Assembly: GCA_051859245.1 (NCBI GenBank)
Contig: JBHYGA010000001.1
Span: 1,056,001-1,120,000, forward strand
Direction of reading: 5' to 3'
DNA from: Gemmatimonadaceae bacterium
Lineage (GTDB): Bacteria; Gemmatimonadota; Gemmatimonadetes; Gemmatimonadales; Gemmatimonadaceae
Length of the DNA: 64,000 nucleotides
Part shown: positions 1-10,221 of the stretch, in pieces
Layout: every line of letters begins with the position of its first letter
Numbering within the stretch: position 1 is the first letter of the stretch
The notes under the pieces: generated by a model
Told to the model about the DNA's origin: nothing
The model's input: only the letters and a program-made list of their open reading frames with translations
The model's database searches: none
Program-made: the position numbers and the translations under genes

Positions 1-142
1 GACTGCACGACTCGCGCTCGCGCCAGGTGTGCGCTTCCGCACACTCAGTCGCGATCTGTCCATTGGCAATACCAGTCGGTCCGTGACGCTATCGTACGTT
101 ACGGCCACCGTTGGATTGACGGTCGCCTTCTAGGATCCGGGA

Positions 143-1027
143 GTGACTGTGCGGGTGGTGTTGGTGCTTCTTGTTGCGGCGATCGTACTGGCAGGTGGTG
201 TGCTGGCGTGGTTCGCGCGCGCACCATCGAGCTTGCGCGCAACGTACGACCGCGAAGTAACGATCCAGCTCACCCGCGCATCGGCAGCTCGGAGCACGGT
301 GACATCCAACGTGCTCACCGAGTCGGAGCTGCAACGCCTGCCAAGAGCCGTTCAGCGGTACATACGGTTGTCCGGTGCTGTTGGACAGCCACACGTACAG
401 AACGTGCGAGCGCGAATGCGCGGCCGCATACGCAGCGGTCCGGATGCGCGCTGGATGTCGTTCACGGGAGAGCAGCACAACTTTTTTGATCAACCCTCGC
501 GATTGTTCTACCTTGATGCGCGCATGGTTGGCCTGCCTGTGCAGGTGTTTCACCGATATGTCGGAAGTGCGGCGACGATGCGCGTTACGCTGGCGTGGAC
601 GATGTCTATGGTGAACGCTGCCGGGCCGCAAATGGATGTTGGCGAAACAGTCACGATGTTCAACGATATGTGCTGGCTGGCAGCGGGGAGTCTGATCAGC
701 AATCACATTGCGTGGGAAGAGATCGACGCGTCCACTGTGCGCGCAACATTTACCAATGCGGGACACACGGTGAAGGCCCTGCTTCGGTTCAACGATCAGG
801 GCGAGCTTATTGACTTCGAGTCGGACGATCGCACGGCCGCTTCGTCAGATGGGCAATCGTTTACTGCAATGCGCTGGTCTACGCCACTCGGCCCGTATCG
901 CACCTTTGGACGGAACCGCGTGAGCGGTGGTGGCGAGGGACGATGGCATCCCGCATCCGGGAGCTACACGTATATTGAGCTTGAACTGCTTGACGTTGCC
1001 TACAACGTTCCTGTTCGAGATCAATAA
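143..1027 (+). CDS. DUF6544-like membrane-anchored conserved protein
   Basis: 294-aa ORF with N-terminal hydrophobic anchor; LPxxVQRY and FxSDDR...WSTP segments resemble this family. Confidence 0.6.
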   Translation: MTVRVVLVLLVAAIVLAGGVLAWFARAPSSLRATYDREVTIQLTRASAARSTVTSNVLTESELQRLPRAVQRYIRLSGAVGQPHVQNVRARMRGRIRSGPDARWMSFTGEQHNFFDQPSRLFYLDARMVGLPVQVFHRYVGSAATMRVTLAWTMSMVNAAGPQMDVGETVTMFNDMCWLAAGSLISNHIAWEEIDASTVRATFTNAGHTVKALLRFNDQGELIDFESDDRTAASSDGQSFTAMRWSTPLGPYRTFGRNRVSGGGEGRWHPASGSYTYIELELLDVAYNVPVRDQ

Positions 1028-1039
1028 CCCCCGCGAGAT

Positions 1040-1669
1040 ATGAATAGCTGTGCCTGTAGCGCGATCCATGAGGGACGCCGCGTTGTGCTCACGGGCGGCC
1101 CTGGCGCAGGAAAGTCGGCGGTGCTCGAACTCGCGAAACTCTTTTTCTGCACGCACGTGCACACGCTGCCCGAGGCCGCGGGTATCGTGTTCGGCGGGCG
1201 CTTTCCTCGCAATGGCGCACCACGCATCCGACGCGCGGCGCAGGAGGCGATCTATCATGTGCAACACGCGCTGGAATCCACGATTGAGACAACCAATACG
1301 GCCGTTGTGCTCTGCGATCGTGGAACGCCTGACGGCGCCGCGTACTGGGTTGGCGACGATACGCTCTGGCAGTATGTGAAGAGCACGCGTGACGCCGAGC
1401 TCGCGCGCTACTACGCGGTGATCCACCTGCGCACGCCAAGCGTGAGTGATCATTACAATCTGGACAATCCGCTGCGAACTGAATCGCACGATGAAGCGCG
1501 CGCGATTGATGCGCGTATTGCGCAGGAGTGGGCGGGTCACCCGCGCATGTTCGATGTACCCGCGACGGATGACTTTCTCGGCAAGGCTGCGGCCGCGCTC
1601 GGGATACTCCGGGAGTTGGTGCCCGACTGCTGCCGCACGCAGATGCGCCCGCTGATCTGGCCGGCGTAA
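1040..1669 (+). CDS. NadR/Ttd14-type (AAA_28) P-loop ATPase/kinase
   Basis: Walker A VLTGGPGAGKS, LPEAA and LCDRGTPD motifs. Confidence 0.75.
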   Translation: MNSCACSAIHEGRRVVLTGGPGAGKSAVLELAKLFFCTHVHTLPEAAGIVFGGRFPRNGAPRIRRAAQEAIYHVQHALESTIETTNTAVVLCDRGTPDGAAYWVGDDTLWQYVKSTRDAELARYYAVIHLRTPSVSDHYNLDNPLRTESHDEARAIDARIAQEWAGHPRMFDVPATDDFLGKAAAALGILRELVPDCCRTQMRPLIWPA

Positions 1670-1708
1670 CGCAACACAGGCGTGCGCCTTCTCTCAGAGG
1701 TCGAGCCC

Positions 1709-3073
1709 TCACACCGTCCGTGAGAACCGCCCCGCACCCGCCTGCGCCGGCAGGTACGCATCAAGTTCCATGCACAGATTGCGCAAGAAGAATCGTCCAA
1801 GAGGTGTGACCACGAGACGGTCCGCCTCATACGTGGCGAGACCGTCTTGCACGTACGGACTGAATCGAGGCCGCAGTTCTTCTTCAGCCCCCGGGAACAC
1901 GTCGTACGGCAGTTCGAGATTGCACATGAGATGGAGGATCGCATCCTGACGCGCGCGGTCGTCGTCGCTGCGAATGTGGCCACGAATCGTGGGCAAACGC
2001 CCGCGACTTACGCGTTCACGCCACGGTGACAATCCGGGTTCGTTCTGCGCGAAGTGCCCGGCCACATCGGAAATGGCACTCATGCCCACCGCCACGAGAT
2101 GCTGTGCCGGCATGGTCGTGTACCCCATGAAGTTCCGGTGCAATCGACCCTGACGCTGTGCAATGGTGAGCGGGTCATTGGCGCGGGCGAAGTGATCCAG
2201 TCCGATCCACGCATAACCGGCCGCAGTAAACGCCGACGCGGCCATGCGGAACAGCTCAAATCGCGTATGCGCGTCTGGCAGTTCGTCTTCGTGAATTACG
2301 CTCTGGTGCAAACGCTGGGTTGGCATGTGGGCGTAGCCAAAACACGCCACTCGGTCCGGCGCGAGTTCGATGACGCATTCGAGGGTTCGTGCGAACGTTT
2401 CGCGCGTTTGCCGAGGCAGGCCGTAAATGAGATCGAGGTTGATTTCCGCAAAACCCGCGGCCCGCGCGAGCGCAGACACCGTTTGCACCAGTTCGACCGG
2501 TTGCACCCGGCCAATCGCGTCTTGCACATCGTCATCCAGATCCTGCACGCCGAAGCTGATGCGCGTGAAGCCCAGCGCGTGAAGCAATCGCAACTGTCGC
2601 GGCGTGACCAAGCGAGGATCGGCCTCGATGCTTAGCTCAACATCGCGGGTAAAGCTGAATCGTCGCGAGAACATCTTGAATGCGCGAATGATTTGCGCGT
2701 CGTCGAGAAAGTTGGGGGTGCCGCCCCCCCAGTGCATTTGGGCCACGGCTCGCCCTTTGCCAAGCGCGTCGACCACGAGATCCAGTTCCGTCTCCAGCGT
2801 ATCGAGATATCGATCGACTATTTCGCGACGGGACGTTGTGAGTGCGTTGCACCCGCAGTAGAAGCACTTGGCGGCACAATAGGCGAAGTGCGCGTACAGT
2901 GCGATCGGCGCGTCGTCCGCGCTCGCTTGTACGAGCGCAGAGCGATAGGACGCATCATCCACGCTGGAGCTCCATGACGGCACCGTAGGATAGCTCGTGT
3001 AGCGCGGCCCGGATTTGTCGTACCGTTCGATCAGATCGCCCGGCACCTGGAGCGAATCGAGCGAGGTCAGCAC
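1709..3073 (-). CDS. hemN: Oxygen-independent coproporphyrinogen III oxidase
   Basis: GPRYTSYPT, CAAKCFYCGC radical SAM motif, HWGGGTPN, RISFGVQD, IGLDHFA, RNFMGYT; start overlaps the end of bchE. Confidence 0.92.
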   Translation of the reverse strand: MLTSLDSLQVPGDLIERYDKSGPRYTSYPTVPSWSSSVDDASYRSALVQASADDAPIALYAHFAYCAAKCFYCGCNALTTSRREIVDRYLDTLETELDLVVDALGKGRAVAQMHWGGGTPNFLDDAQIIRAFKMFSRRFSFTRDVELSIEADPRLVTPRQLRLLHALGFTRISFGVQDLDDDVQDAIGRVQPVELVQTVSALARAAGFAEINLDLIYGLPRQTRETFARTLECVIELAPDRVACFGYAHMPTQRLHQSVIHEDELPDAHTRFELFRMAASAFTAAGYAWIGLDHFARANDPLTIAQRQGRLHRNFMGYTTMPAQHLVAVGMSAISDVAGHFAQNEPGLSPWRERVSRGRLPTIRGHIRSDDDRARQDAILHLMCNLELPYDVFPGAEEELRPRFSPYVQDGLATYEADRLVVTPLGRFFLRNLCMELDAYLPAQAGAGRFSRTV

Positions 3074-4803
3074 GGGCGCACACTCGCCAGATCCGGCGCG
3101 GAGCCGTCGATCTCGCCAACATCGTCGGCTTCACCCTCGTTGTCCATGTCTGCGAGCGCGACTCCGCCATCCGTTGCCTTGGCCGACGCGTACAATCGCG
3201 AGCGCTTCGGTGCGATGAACTCGTCCGCTGGCAGTTCATGTCCGCCTGACGCCACCATCGGCAACGAGCCGCGGCTGCTCTGCCCATGCACGTGCTGGAT
3301 CTCGCGCTTGCTCTGCAGGCGCACCAACTCTTCCTTCGACGTGGTCTTGGCTTCGTCGAACTTCCAGTCCACCGTGGATTGTCCCCAGTAATTGATGCGC
3401 CCCAGATCGTAAAAGCGTCGTTCCATGGCGCTCTTGAGGTACGCTTTCAGGCAACCTCGTAAATACTTGCGCCGATAGGGATCCTTGTCCCAGAGATATC
3501 CTCCCGTTGCCTTTTTGAAGTAGAAGCGACGATAGTTGTTGAGAACGCCTTTAAGCACGTCGTCACGCGACATGAGATCAGGCTGGATGATCGGCGTGAC
3601 AAAGTTGTATTTGGCGTAGTCGCGCACTTCGACCTTGTCGCCGAGTTCCTGAAAGAGATCAGAGAAGGGCCACGGAGTGTAGCAGTTCCAGTTCACCAGG
3701 TCGGGCTTCCAGTCGAGCGCCATATTGTAGGTTTCCTCGAGCGTCTCGGCGGTTTCATTCTCGAGCCCCACGATGAACTGTGCTTCGGCGACGATGCCGT
3801 TTTCCCGAAGCAGTTCAATGGCCCGCTTGCTCTGCTCAACTTTGATCTCCTTGTTGAAACGATCAAGCTTGAGCTGCGCCGCCGCCTCTGTGCCCAGTGA
3901 CACGTGGACTAGTCCGGCTTTGCGGTACATCGGCAACAAGGCTTCGTCGCGCAAAATGTCGGTGACGCGCGTGTTGATGCCCCACTTCACGCCCAGGTCG
4001 CGCGCAATCAGTTCCTCGCAGAGCGCGACGAACTTCTTGCGGTTGATGGTCGGTTCTTCGTCAGCAAGAATGAAGAACCCGACGTTGTGATCTCGTACCA
4101 GCAGTTCGATTTCGTCCACGAACTTCTTGGGATCGCGCGTGCGATACTGCCGCCAGAACTTCCACTGCGAGCAAAAGCTGCAGGTAAAGGGACAACCGCG
4201 CGCAAAGTTCGGGATCGCGACGCGACAGTTGAGCGGGATGTACATGTAACGGTCCCAGTTCAGAATGCCCCAGTCGGGCGTGAGCGAATCGAGGTCCTGA
4301 ATGGGCGGGTGCGGCTGCGTGGCAAACGGTTTGTCGTTGTCGAGGTACGCAACGCCCTTGATGCTCGAGCGTTCTGTCGGAAGTCGACCTTCATCGAGGG
4401 CGCGAATGAGGTTGACGATGATCTCTTCGCCTTCGCCGCGCACGATGTAGTCAATCCACGGGGCCTCCGAGAGCACCTGTCCGTACATGAAGGTGCCGTG
4501 AATGCCGCCGAGGATCGTGACCGCGTTGGGATGCAGTCGACGTACCATCTGGAGCGTTTCCTGCGCCTTGTAAATCGCTGGTGTGATCGCGGTGGCGAGC
4601 ACGGCGTCCGGGCGTTCTTCGCGCAGCATGGCTTCCAACGCGTCGTCCGCGATGTGATCCGTCATCGCGTCAATAAATCGAATATCCGTGTAGCCGGCTT
4701 TCTTGAGCGCACCGCTCAGGTACGCCACCCAGGCTGGTGGCCAGTTTCCGGCGATTTCGGCACCGCCAGAGTGATAGTTCGGATGGATCAGAACAATGCG
4801 CAT
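3067..4803 (-). CDS. bchE: Anaerobic Mg-protoporphyrin IX monomethyl ester cyclase (B12-dependent radical SAM)
   Basis: Diagnostic N-terminus IHPNYHSGGAEIAGNWPPAWVAYL; ARGCPFTCSFCSQWKFWR; FFILADEEPTINR. Confidence 0.93.
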   Translation of the reverse strand: MRIVLIHPNYHSGGAEIAGNWPPAWVAYLSGALKKAGYTDIRFIDAMTDHIADDALEAMLREERPDAVLATAITPAIYKAQETLQMVRRLHPNAVTILGGIHGTFMYGQVLSEAPWIDYIVRGEGEEIIVNLIRALDEGRLPTERSSIKGVAYLDNDKPFATQPHPPIQDLDSLTPDWGILNWDRYMYIPLNCRVAIPNFARGCPFTCSFCSQWKFWRQYRTRDPKKFVDEIELLVRDHNVGFFILADEEPTINRKKFVALCEELIARDLGVKWGINTRVTDILRDEALLPMYRKAGLVHVSLGTEAAAQLKLDRFNKEIKVEQSKRAIELLRENGIVAEAQFIVGLENETAETLEETYNMALDWKPDLVNWNCYTPWPFSDLFQELGDKVEVRDYAKYNFVTPIIQPDLMSRDDVLKGVLNNYRRFYFKKATGGYLWDKDPYRRKYLRGCLKAYLKSAMERRFYDLGRINYWGQSTVDWKFDEAKTTSKEELVRLQSKREIQHVHGQSSRGSLPMVASGGHELPADEFIAPKRSRLYASAKATDGGVALADMDNEGEADDVGEIDGSAPDLASVRPC

Positions 4804-4849
4804 GCAGGATCTCCGGCGGAGCGCGATGAGACAGGACGAGAGCGTTCGG

Positions 4850-4862
4850 TTGACGACGTCAA
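4850..4862. promoter_or_regulatory. FNR/CRP-like palindrome TTGAC-GAC-GTCAA upstream of bchE
   Basis: Perfect 5-bp arms ~47 bp upstream of the bchE start; spacer is 3 nt versus the canonical 4 nt of an FNR box. Confidence 0.3.
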
Positions 4863-5060
4863 GCTGTCCATTGCACGCCCTCGCCGCAGCAAGGGAACTG
4901 CTGTCTGGATGTCGGGAAATCCTTCGTGATTCAACGCGATGATTGTCGGGGAACTACGGACAGCATCCTGCAAATGCAACACCGCCCGACTTCGCAGGTC
5001 GTGCGAAGCCGGGCGGTGCGCCCACAAATCATCGGAACCTACTTCTGTTCTCGCCTTGGA

Positions 5061-6359
5061 CTACGGGTTGGGCGGTGTGTTCGGATTGCTGGACCGTTCG
5101 TTGAGCGGGTACGGCAACCAGTTCACGCGCGCTTCCTGCGCTCGGCCAAACCGACGTAAGTCGCTCCACGCCAGACCGCTTCCGAAGAGTGAATAGCGAC
5201 GTTGACGCGCCACTTCATTGAGCATCGCCGGCTGCGTTGCCAAGTCTGTGGACGTGCGCGGTGTCAGGTTGGCACGTTGACGCACCGCATTCACTTGCGC
5301 GAGCGCCTCCGGCAGTCGATTCAACCGCGCCAGCGCTTCGGCGCGAATGAGCGACACTTCGTCCTGCGTAAACATCGGATACGCTTCGGTCTGCGTTGCA
5401 AAGATCAACACGGGCACAACGCTTGAGCCACCGAACGACGCTTGCGGCGTTGGGCCGAACAATCGTGTTACGCGTGAATCGCCCGCCTCGGCATCGGTAC
5501 GCAACGACGCCTGTGCGGAGAAGTAGCGAAGCCCGGTAAAGACCGACCAGAGCGGACTCTGATCTGCCGTGGCGTAGCGATACTCGCTCTGCGCAGTGGT
5601 CGCCACATCATTGGCAAACGCCAACGCTTGATCGTTGCGTCCGGCAGCGAGTGCGAAGCGCGCCTGCCAGGCACGAATAAGGTTTGGCAGATCGATGCCT
5701 GGTGTCAGCAACTGAGACGTGAACTCGGCACTCGGCGGCGTTGCGTCGAGCGCTTGCCGAGCCTGCGCCAGCAAGTCGAGCGTGGTGTTGAGCGCCGCTG
5801 CACGGTCCACGAACGCAGACTCGAATCCCGTAATGTCAACCGGGATTTGCTGCCACGCCTCGGCAAGCGTACCGAACGCGTAGGCCTTCATGGTGAACGC
5901 CAACGCGCGAATACCGGAGACAGTGCCGGGTGCGAGTGTGACGCCCTCAATGCTGGCCAGCAGCTCGTTGGCCGTACGCACGATCTGATAGTGACGGCTC
6001 CAGAAGTTGAGCAGGTCCACATTCACGTCTTCGAGCGGCGTAAGCGCCCCCGGATCAGGGAAACGCTGAAACGCGCGCTGCGGCGCGAGAGACGCGTTGG
6101 TCACACCTAGCTCATTGGCAACGAGTCCGGGAATCCAGACGGCATCCGCGCGCGCGTTGCCCCAACGTCCTTGCAAGCCAACCGCGAGCGCTCGCACACC
6201 AGCGGGAGTGGTGAGCACGTTCACCTCGGTCGCCGCATTCGGATTGGCGATTTCGAGGTTACACGCAGTGAGCACAGTTCCGGACGCCGCGCACACGAGG
6301 AGTGTCGTGAGCGCAGTACGGCGAGCCGGCCGGGCAGTGATGAATGTCATGGTCGGCAT
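5061..6359 (-). CDS. SusD/RagB-family outer-membrane lipoprotein
   Basis: Lipobox LTAC; LIRAEALAR, VNAVRQRA, WSDLRRFG and C-terminal PYPLNE..NPN; starts immediately after the SusC-like gene. Confidence 0.85.
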   Translation of the reverse strand: MPTMTFITARPARRTALTTLLVCAASGTVLTACNLEIANPNAATEVNVLTTPAGVRALAVGLQGRWGNARADAVWIPGLVANELGVTNASLAPQRAFQRFPDPGALTPLEDVNVDLLNFWSRHYQIVRTANELLASIEGVTLAPGTVSGIRALAFTMKAYAFGTLAEAWQQIPVDITGFESAFVDRAAALNTTLDLLAQARQALDATPPSAEFTSQLLTPGIDLPNLIRAWQARFALAAGRNDQALAFANDVATTAQSEYRYATADQSPLWSVFTGLRYFSAQASLRTDAEAGDSRVTRLFGPTPQASFGGSSVVPVLIFATQTEAYPMFTQDEVSLIRAEALARLNRLPEALAQVNAVRQRANLTPRTSTDLATQPAMLNEVARQRRYSLFGSGLAWSDLRRFGRAQEARVNWLPYPLNERSSNPNTPPNP

Positions 6360-6360
6360 C

Positions 6361-9312
6361 TCAGTAGTTCAGGTTCACAGACATGGCAATACTGCGCGGA
6401 ATCGGAACGGCGGCGAATCCAAAGCCGCGAACCACGGTGCGTTGTCCACCGGTGTTGGTTTCCGGATCCCATCCGGTATAGTCCGTCCACGTGACAAGGT
6501 TGCGCCCCGAGAACGTGATGGACGCGCCACGCGAGCGAAGCCGCTGCGCGAACGCGCTCGGCAAGGTGTAGGTGAGCGCGATCTCGCGCAGCTTCACGAA
6601 GCTGCCGTCTTCGATGTATTCCTCAAAGACGGAACGACGAGCCGCGAAGTAGCCGCGCGGCACTCGTCCTTCCAGTTCGTCCGCGTACGCAGCACCAACA
6701 CCGAAGGCTGGAGTCTCAAGCACACGACGGTCAAAGTTGAACAGGTCAACATCGCCCACTCCGTCGAACTGTACGCGCAGCGCGAGGCTGCGGCGAACGG
6801 TGAACTCATTGATCACCGACCAGTAGTTCTTGGGGTTCGGATTACCAAGCACCGCGGCGGGCCCAATGGCCGGAATTCCTGTGATCGTTCCGTTGGCATC
6901 TTCGATGGGGACACCGGCAGACGTCAGGATCTGGCCCGCTTCATTGCGGCGATACGTGCTGCCCCAGAAGTGACCAGGCGCCTGATCGGCCGCGACCCGA
7001 ATGATGTTGAAGCTCTCGGGAATGAAGAACGCGCCCCCCGACGCCACACGAGTGACGATTGGATCGTTGGTTGCGTAGGTGACCGTGGTGTTCCAGCTGA
7101 ACGCATCGCGCTGCACATTGAACGAGCGCAACAGAATCTCGTTGCCCTTGTTGCGCAGTGAGCCCACGTTCGACAGCTGCTCTGTAAATCCGCTCGACGG
7201 CGTGACGGTTTGCGGAAGGATGAGATCGGTCACATTGCGATCAAAGCGCGTGTACTCAATGCCAACGCGTCCGTTGAACAGCTCGGCGTCGAATCCGAGT
7301 TCTGTTTCTTTCGCGCGTTCGGGGCGCAGGCCTTCGTTGCCTTGACGCGTGCTGTTCACCACGCCCGACAGCGTGCCTGACGGCTCAAAGACATAGTTGG
7401 ACAAGCGATCAAAACTTCCCGGTGGCTGTTCGCCCGAAAATCCGAGACCACCGCGCAAGCGCAGGCGATTGACGAATGTGCCGGCGATGTTGCGGAAGCC
7501 TTCCAGTTCGGTCAGGTCAAGCGACGCGCCAAACTTTGGAAAATACTGCTGACGTTCGTCGCGACCGAAGGCGCTTGACGCATCAGTGCGGACAGCGGCG
7601 GTCAGTGTGAGCAGATCGCCGTAGGCAATCTGCTGCTGTCCGTAGTAACCGATGATGCGGCGTTCATCAATGGACTGACTCGCGAACTGCGCGCTGCCTT
7701 GCACTGTGCTCACGAGCAGCGCCAGGTTCTCCGCACGCGCGATGGTGGAGTTGAACGTTTGCTGCTGATAGTTCGACCCAACGCCGGTTACGAATCGCCA
7801 GCCGCCCAGTGCGGGCCATCGGTACGTGACATCGACGTCCTGATTGAGCAGACGTGCACGCAGATTCGCGGAGATGGCGAGTCCACCCTGCAAATCGGGC
7901 GCGGAGCTTCCGCGCGGCACGAACGACGACTGCGCGTCCGTGTAGTTGTCAATGCCGACGCGATAATCAACGGACAGCGCCTCGAAGGGTGTAGCGTTGA
8001 GCTGCACACCGCCGGTGAAGCGCGAAATCTCCTGCGGTGCTTTCCAGTTCGCCATCACTTCCAGCGGATTCGACGCGAGCTGACCAAGCGGATAGATCCC
8101 GGTTTCCGGGTTGGGAAACAGGTCACGATCGTTTGAGTTGAACAGGAAGTTCGTGAGCACGCCGCGATTGTTCACCAGACCGCCGGAGGCCTGACGATTG
8201 GCTCGACTGGTCACGTAGCCCGTGCTGGTGGACAGCTTGAGCCAGTTCGTGAGTTGACGGTCTACGTTCAAGCGGATGTTCTGTCGGAGATAGTCGGTGG
8301 TGCGAACGATGCCATCTTGCGTTTGCACCGAGCCGCCAAGATAGAACTGCGTCTTGTCATCACCGCCAGACAATCCGATTGATGTGTTCGACGTCAAACC
8401 GCGTTGAAAGATTTCGTCCTGGTAGTCAAAACGCCGCGTCACCGGCTGGCCGGCCGCGTTGACCGTGGCCTGGTTTACCGGAATGCGTGTCTCCACGTCG
8501 TCTTGACCAACTGACGTGCGCACATTCACGCGAAGCGCACCGGGCCGTCCGCGTTTCGTGAAAATCTGCACCACACCGTTGTTGGCCCGTGAACCGTAGA
8601 GCGCTGCGGCCGCAGCACCCTTCACGATTTCCATGCGCTCGATGTCGTTTGGATCCAGATCGGCGATGCGGTTACTTGTGTTGCCGCCAAGATCGACGAG
8701 CTGCGATGATCCGTTGTCGACAATGACGCCGTCAACGATGTACAACGGCTCTGCGCTGCGGCTGATCGTGGACAAGCCGCGCAGTCGCACACTGGAGCCA
8801 CCACCCGGTGTACCCGAGTTCAGCTGGACCAGTGCACCCGGTACCTTACCCGCAAGCGCCGCGTCCACCTGCGCCACGCCAGCGTTGGCGATGTCACTGC
8901 CCGTCACTGTTGCCAGTGACGCACCAAGACTCGCGCGTTCGGCTTCAACACGTGTGGCCGTGGTGACCAGCTGCGAAAGGTTGAGAATGTCGCGCGAAAG
9001 TCTGACATCCTGCGTGATCTGCCCGCTCGTTGTCGAGAGCGGAAAGCGCTGCGGCTTGTAGCCGAGCACGCGCACGAGCAAAACCAGTGGTGGACGCGGT
9101 TCGGCAACCACCAGACGATACGATCCATCGTCGTCCGTGACCGTGCCAAAGCGGGTGCCATCAATGAGGACCGAAACGGTCGGCAGGCCGCGACCGGTCT
9201 CATCGGTGACTCGACCAGAGACCGTGAGCTGAGCCTGGAGCAGCGCGGGCAGACCGATCATTCCCAGAAGGAACATCGTGGCTGCTCGCAGGTGCGTTCG
9301 AAGAGGCATCAT
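6361..9312 (-). CDS. SusC/RagA-family TonB-dependent transporter
   Basis: Signal peptide, carboxypeptidase-regulatory-like N domain, plug motifs PLYIVDGV and DIERMEIVKGAAAAALYGSRANNGVVQIFTK, barrel ending VNLNY; start placed at ATG 9312. Confidence 0.9.
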   Translation of the reverse strand: MMPLRTHLRAATMFLLGMIGLPALLQAQLTVSGRVTDETGRGLPTVSVLIDGTRFGTVTDDDGSYRLVVAEPRPPLVLLVRVLGYKPQRFPLSTTSGQITQDVRLSRDILNLSQLVTTATRVEAERASLGASLATVTGSDIANAGVAQVDAALAGKVPGALVQLNSGTPGGGSSVRLRGLSTISRSAEPLYIVDGVIVDNGSSQLVDLGGNTSNRIADLDPNDIERMEIVKGAAAAALYGSRANNGVVQIFTKRGRPGALRVNVRTSVGQDDVETRIPVNQATVNAAGQPVTRRFDYQDEIFQRGLTSNTSIGLSGGDDKTQFYLGGSVQTQDGIVRTTDYLRQNIRLNVDRQLTNWLKLSTSTGYVTSRANRQASGGLVNNRGVLTNFLFNSNDRDLFPNPETGIYPLGQLASNPLEVMANWKAPQEISRFTGGVQLNATPFEALSVDYRVGIDNYTDAQSSFVPRGSSAPDLQGGLAISANLRARLLNQDVDVTYRWPALGGWRFVTGVGSNYQQQTFNSTIARAENLALLVSTVQGSAQFASQSIDERRIIGYYGQQQIAYGDLLTLTAAVRTDASSAFGRDERQQYFPKFGASLDLTELEGFRNIAGTFVNRLRLRGGLGFSGEQPPGSFDRLSNYVFEPSGTLSGVVNSTRQGNEGLRPERAKETELGFDAELFNGRVGIEYTRFDRNVTDLILPQTVTPSSGFTEQLSNVGSLRNKGNEILLRSFNVQRDAFSWNTTVTYATNDPIVTRVASGGAFFIPESFNIIRVAADQAPGHFWGSTYRRNEAGQILTSAGVPIEDANGTITGIPAIGPAAVLGNPNPKNYWSVINEFTVRRSLALRVQFDGVGDVDLFNFDRRVLETPAFGVGAAYADELEGRVPRGYFAARRSVFEEYIEDGSFVKLREIALTYTLPSAFAQRLRSRGASITFSGRNLVTWTDYTGWDPETNTGGQRTVVRGFGFAAVPIPRSIAMSVNLNY

Positions 9313-9528
9313 GAGCGTGGGCGGGAGTGAGAGGAAACAGAAAAGTGCAGGCGGGCGGAACGTTCGCCGCCGACCCATTGCATAATGATTGTCCGTCGCG
9401 AATTGATCCCCCACGCTGGACCGTGGGACAAGGCGCTGCGTACGAGGGTCGTGGGGAGCGCTGGGCTGGAGCGCGCGGTAGATTGTTCGCTCGCTCGGGG
9501 TTGCTTTCTTCAACCGTTCAGGTAGCCA

Positions 9529-10221
9529 ATGTCGACTGAGCCTCTGCTTGCACGCCTGACCACTTCGTGGGTGGAGAACGCCGACGCGTGGACTACGGCC
9601 GTACGAAGCGGCGCGATCCCCAGCCGCCGCGCTGGTACTGATGACGCGATTCTTCGCGCGATCACGCAGGCACCGCCGGGCCCGTTGATCGATGTCGGAT
9701 GTGGCGAGGGGTGGCTGGCACGCGCCATCGCTGGCACAGGCCGCCGTGTACTCGGTGTCGACGCGAGCGGGCCGCTGATTGAAGCGGCGAAGCAGGCGGC
9801 GGGGGCTGGCGACCTGGACTACGAGCAGGCTACGTACGCCGAGCTGCCAGCTCGTGCGCGCGCGCGAGGCGATCTGTTTTCCGTGGCCGTCTGCAACTTT
9901 GCGTTGCTCGATGATCAACTCGCCGGCGCACTCGCGGCTATTCGCACGGTACTCGCGCCAACAGGCGTGTTACTCATTCAGACCGTACATCCGTTTACTG
10001 CGTGCGGCGAAGCCGCGTATCGTAACGGCTGGCGCGAAGAAACGTTTGATGCGTTTGGTGGTCGGTTCCCGTCACCGATGCCGTGGTACTTCCGCACGGT
10101 CGCCTCGTGGATCGACGAGATGAGCAGCGCGGGATTCGTGATCGAATCATTGGTGGAACCAGTCGCCACAGATGGAGTGCTGCCCTTGTCGTTGTTGTTG
10201 CGGGCTCGGCGCTCCGACTAG
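9529..10221 (+). CDS. Class I SAM-dependent methyltransferase
   Basis: IDVGCGEG motif I; GVDAS. Confidence 0.8.
   Translation: MSTEPLLARLTTSWVENADAWTTAVRSGAIPSRRAGTDDAILRAITQAPPGPLIDVGCGEGWLARAIAGTGRRVLGVDASGPLIEAAKQAAGAGDLDYEQATYAELPARARARGDLFSVAVCNFALLDDQLAGALAAIRTVLAPTGVLLIQTVHPFTACGEAAYRNGWREETFDAFGGRFPSPMPWYFRTVASWIDEMSSAGFVIESLVEPVATDGVLPLSLLLRARRSD

Noticed and set aside
4804..5060. PpsR box (TGT-N12-ACA) upstream of bchE
   Set aside because: The closest candidate (4944-4962) has a 13-nt spacer and no partner site
9313..9918. N-terminal extension of the SusC ORF (likewise extensions of the prolyl oligopeptidase, rplS and OmpA ORFs)
   Set aside because: Extensions overlap other genes or intergenic DNA; downstream starts fit signal peptides, SD sites or family N-termini better
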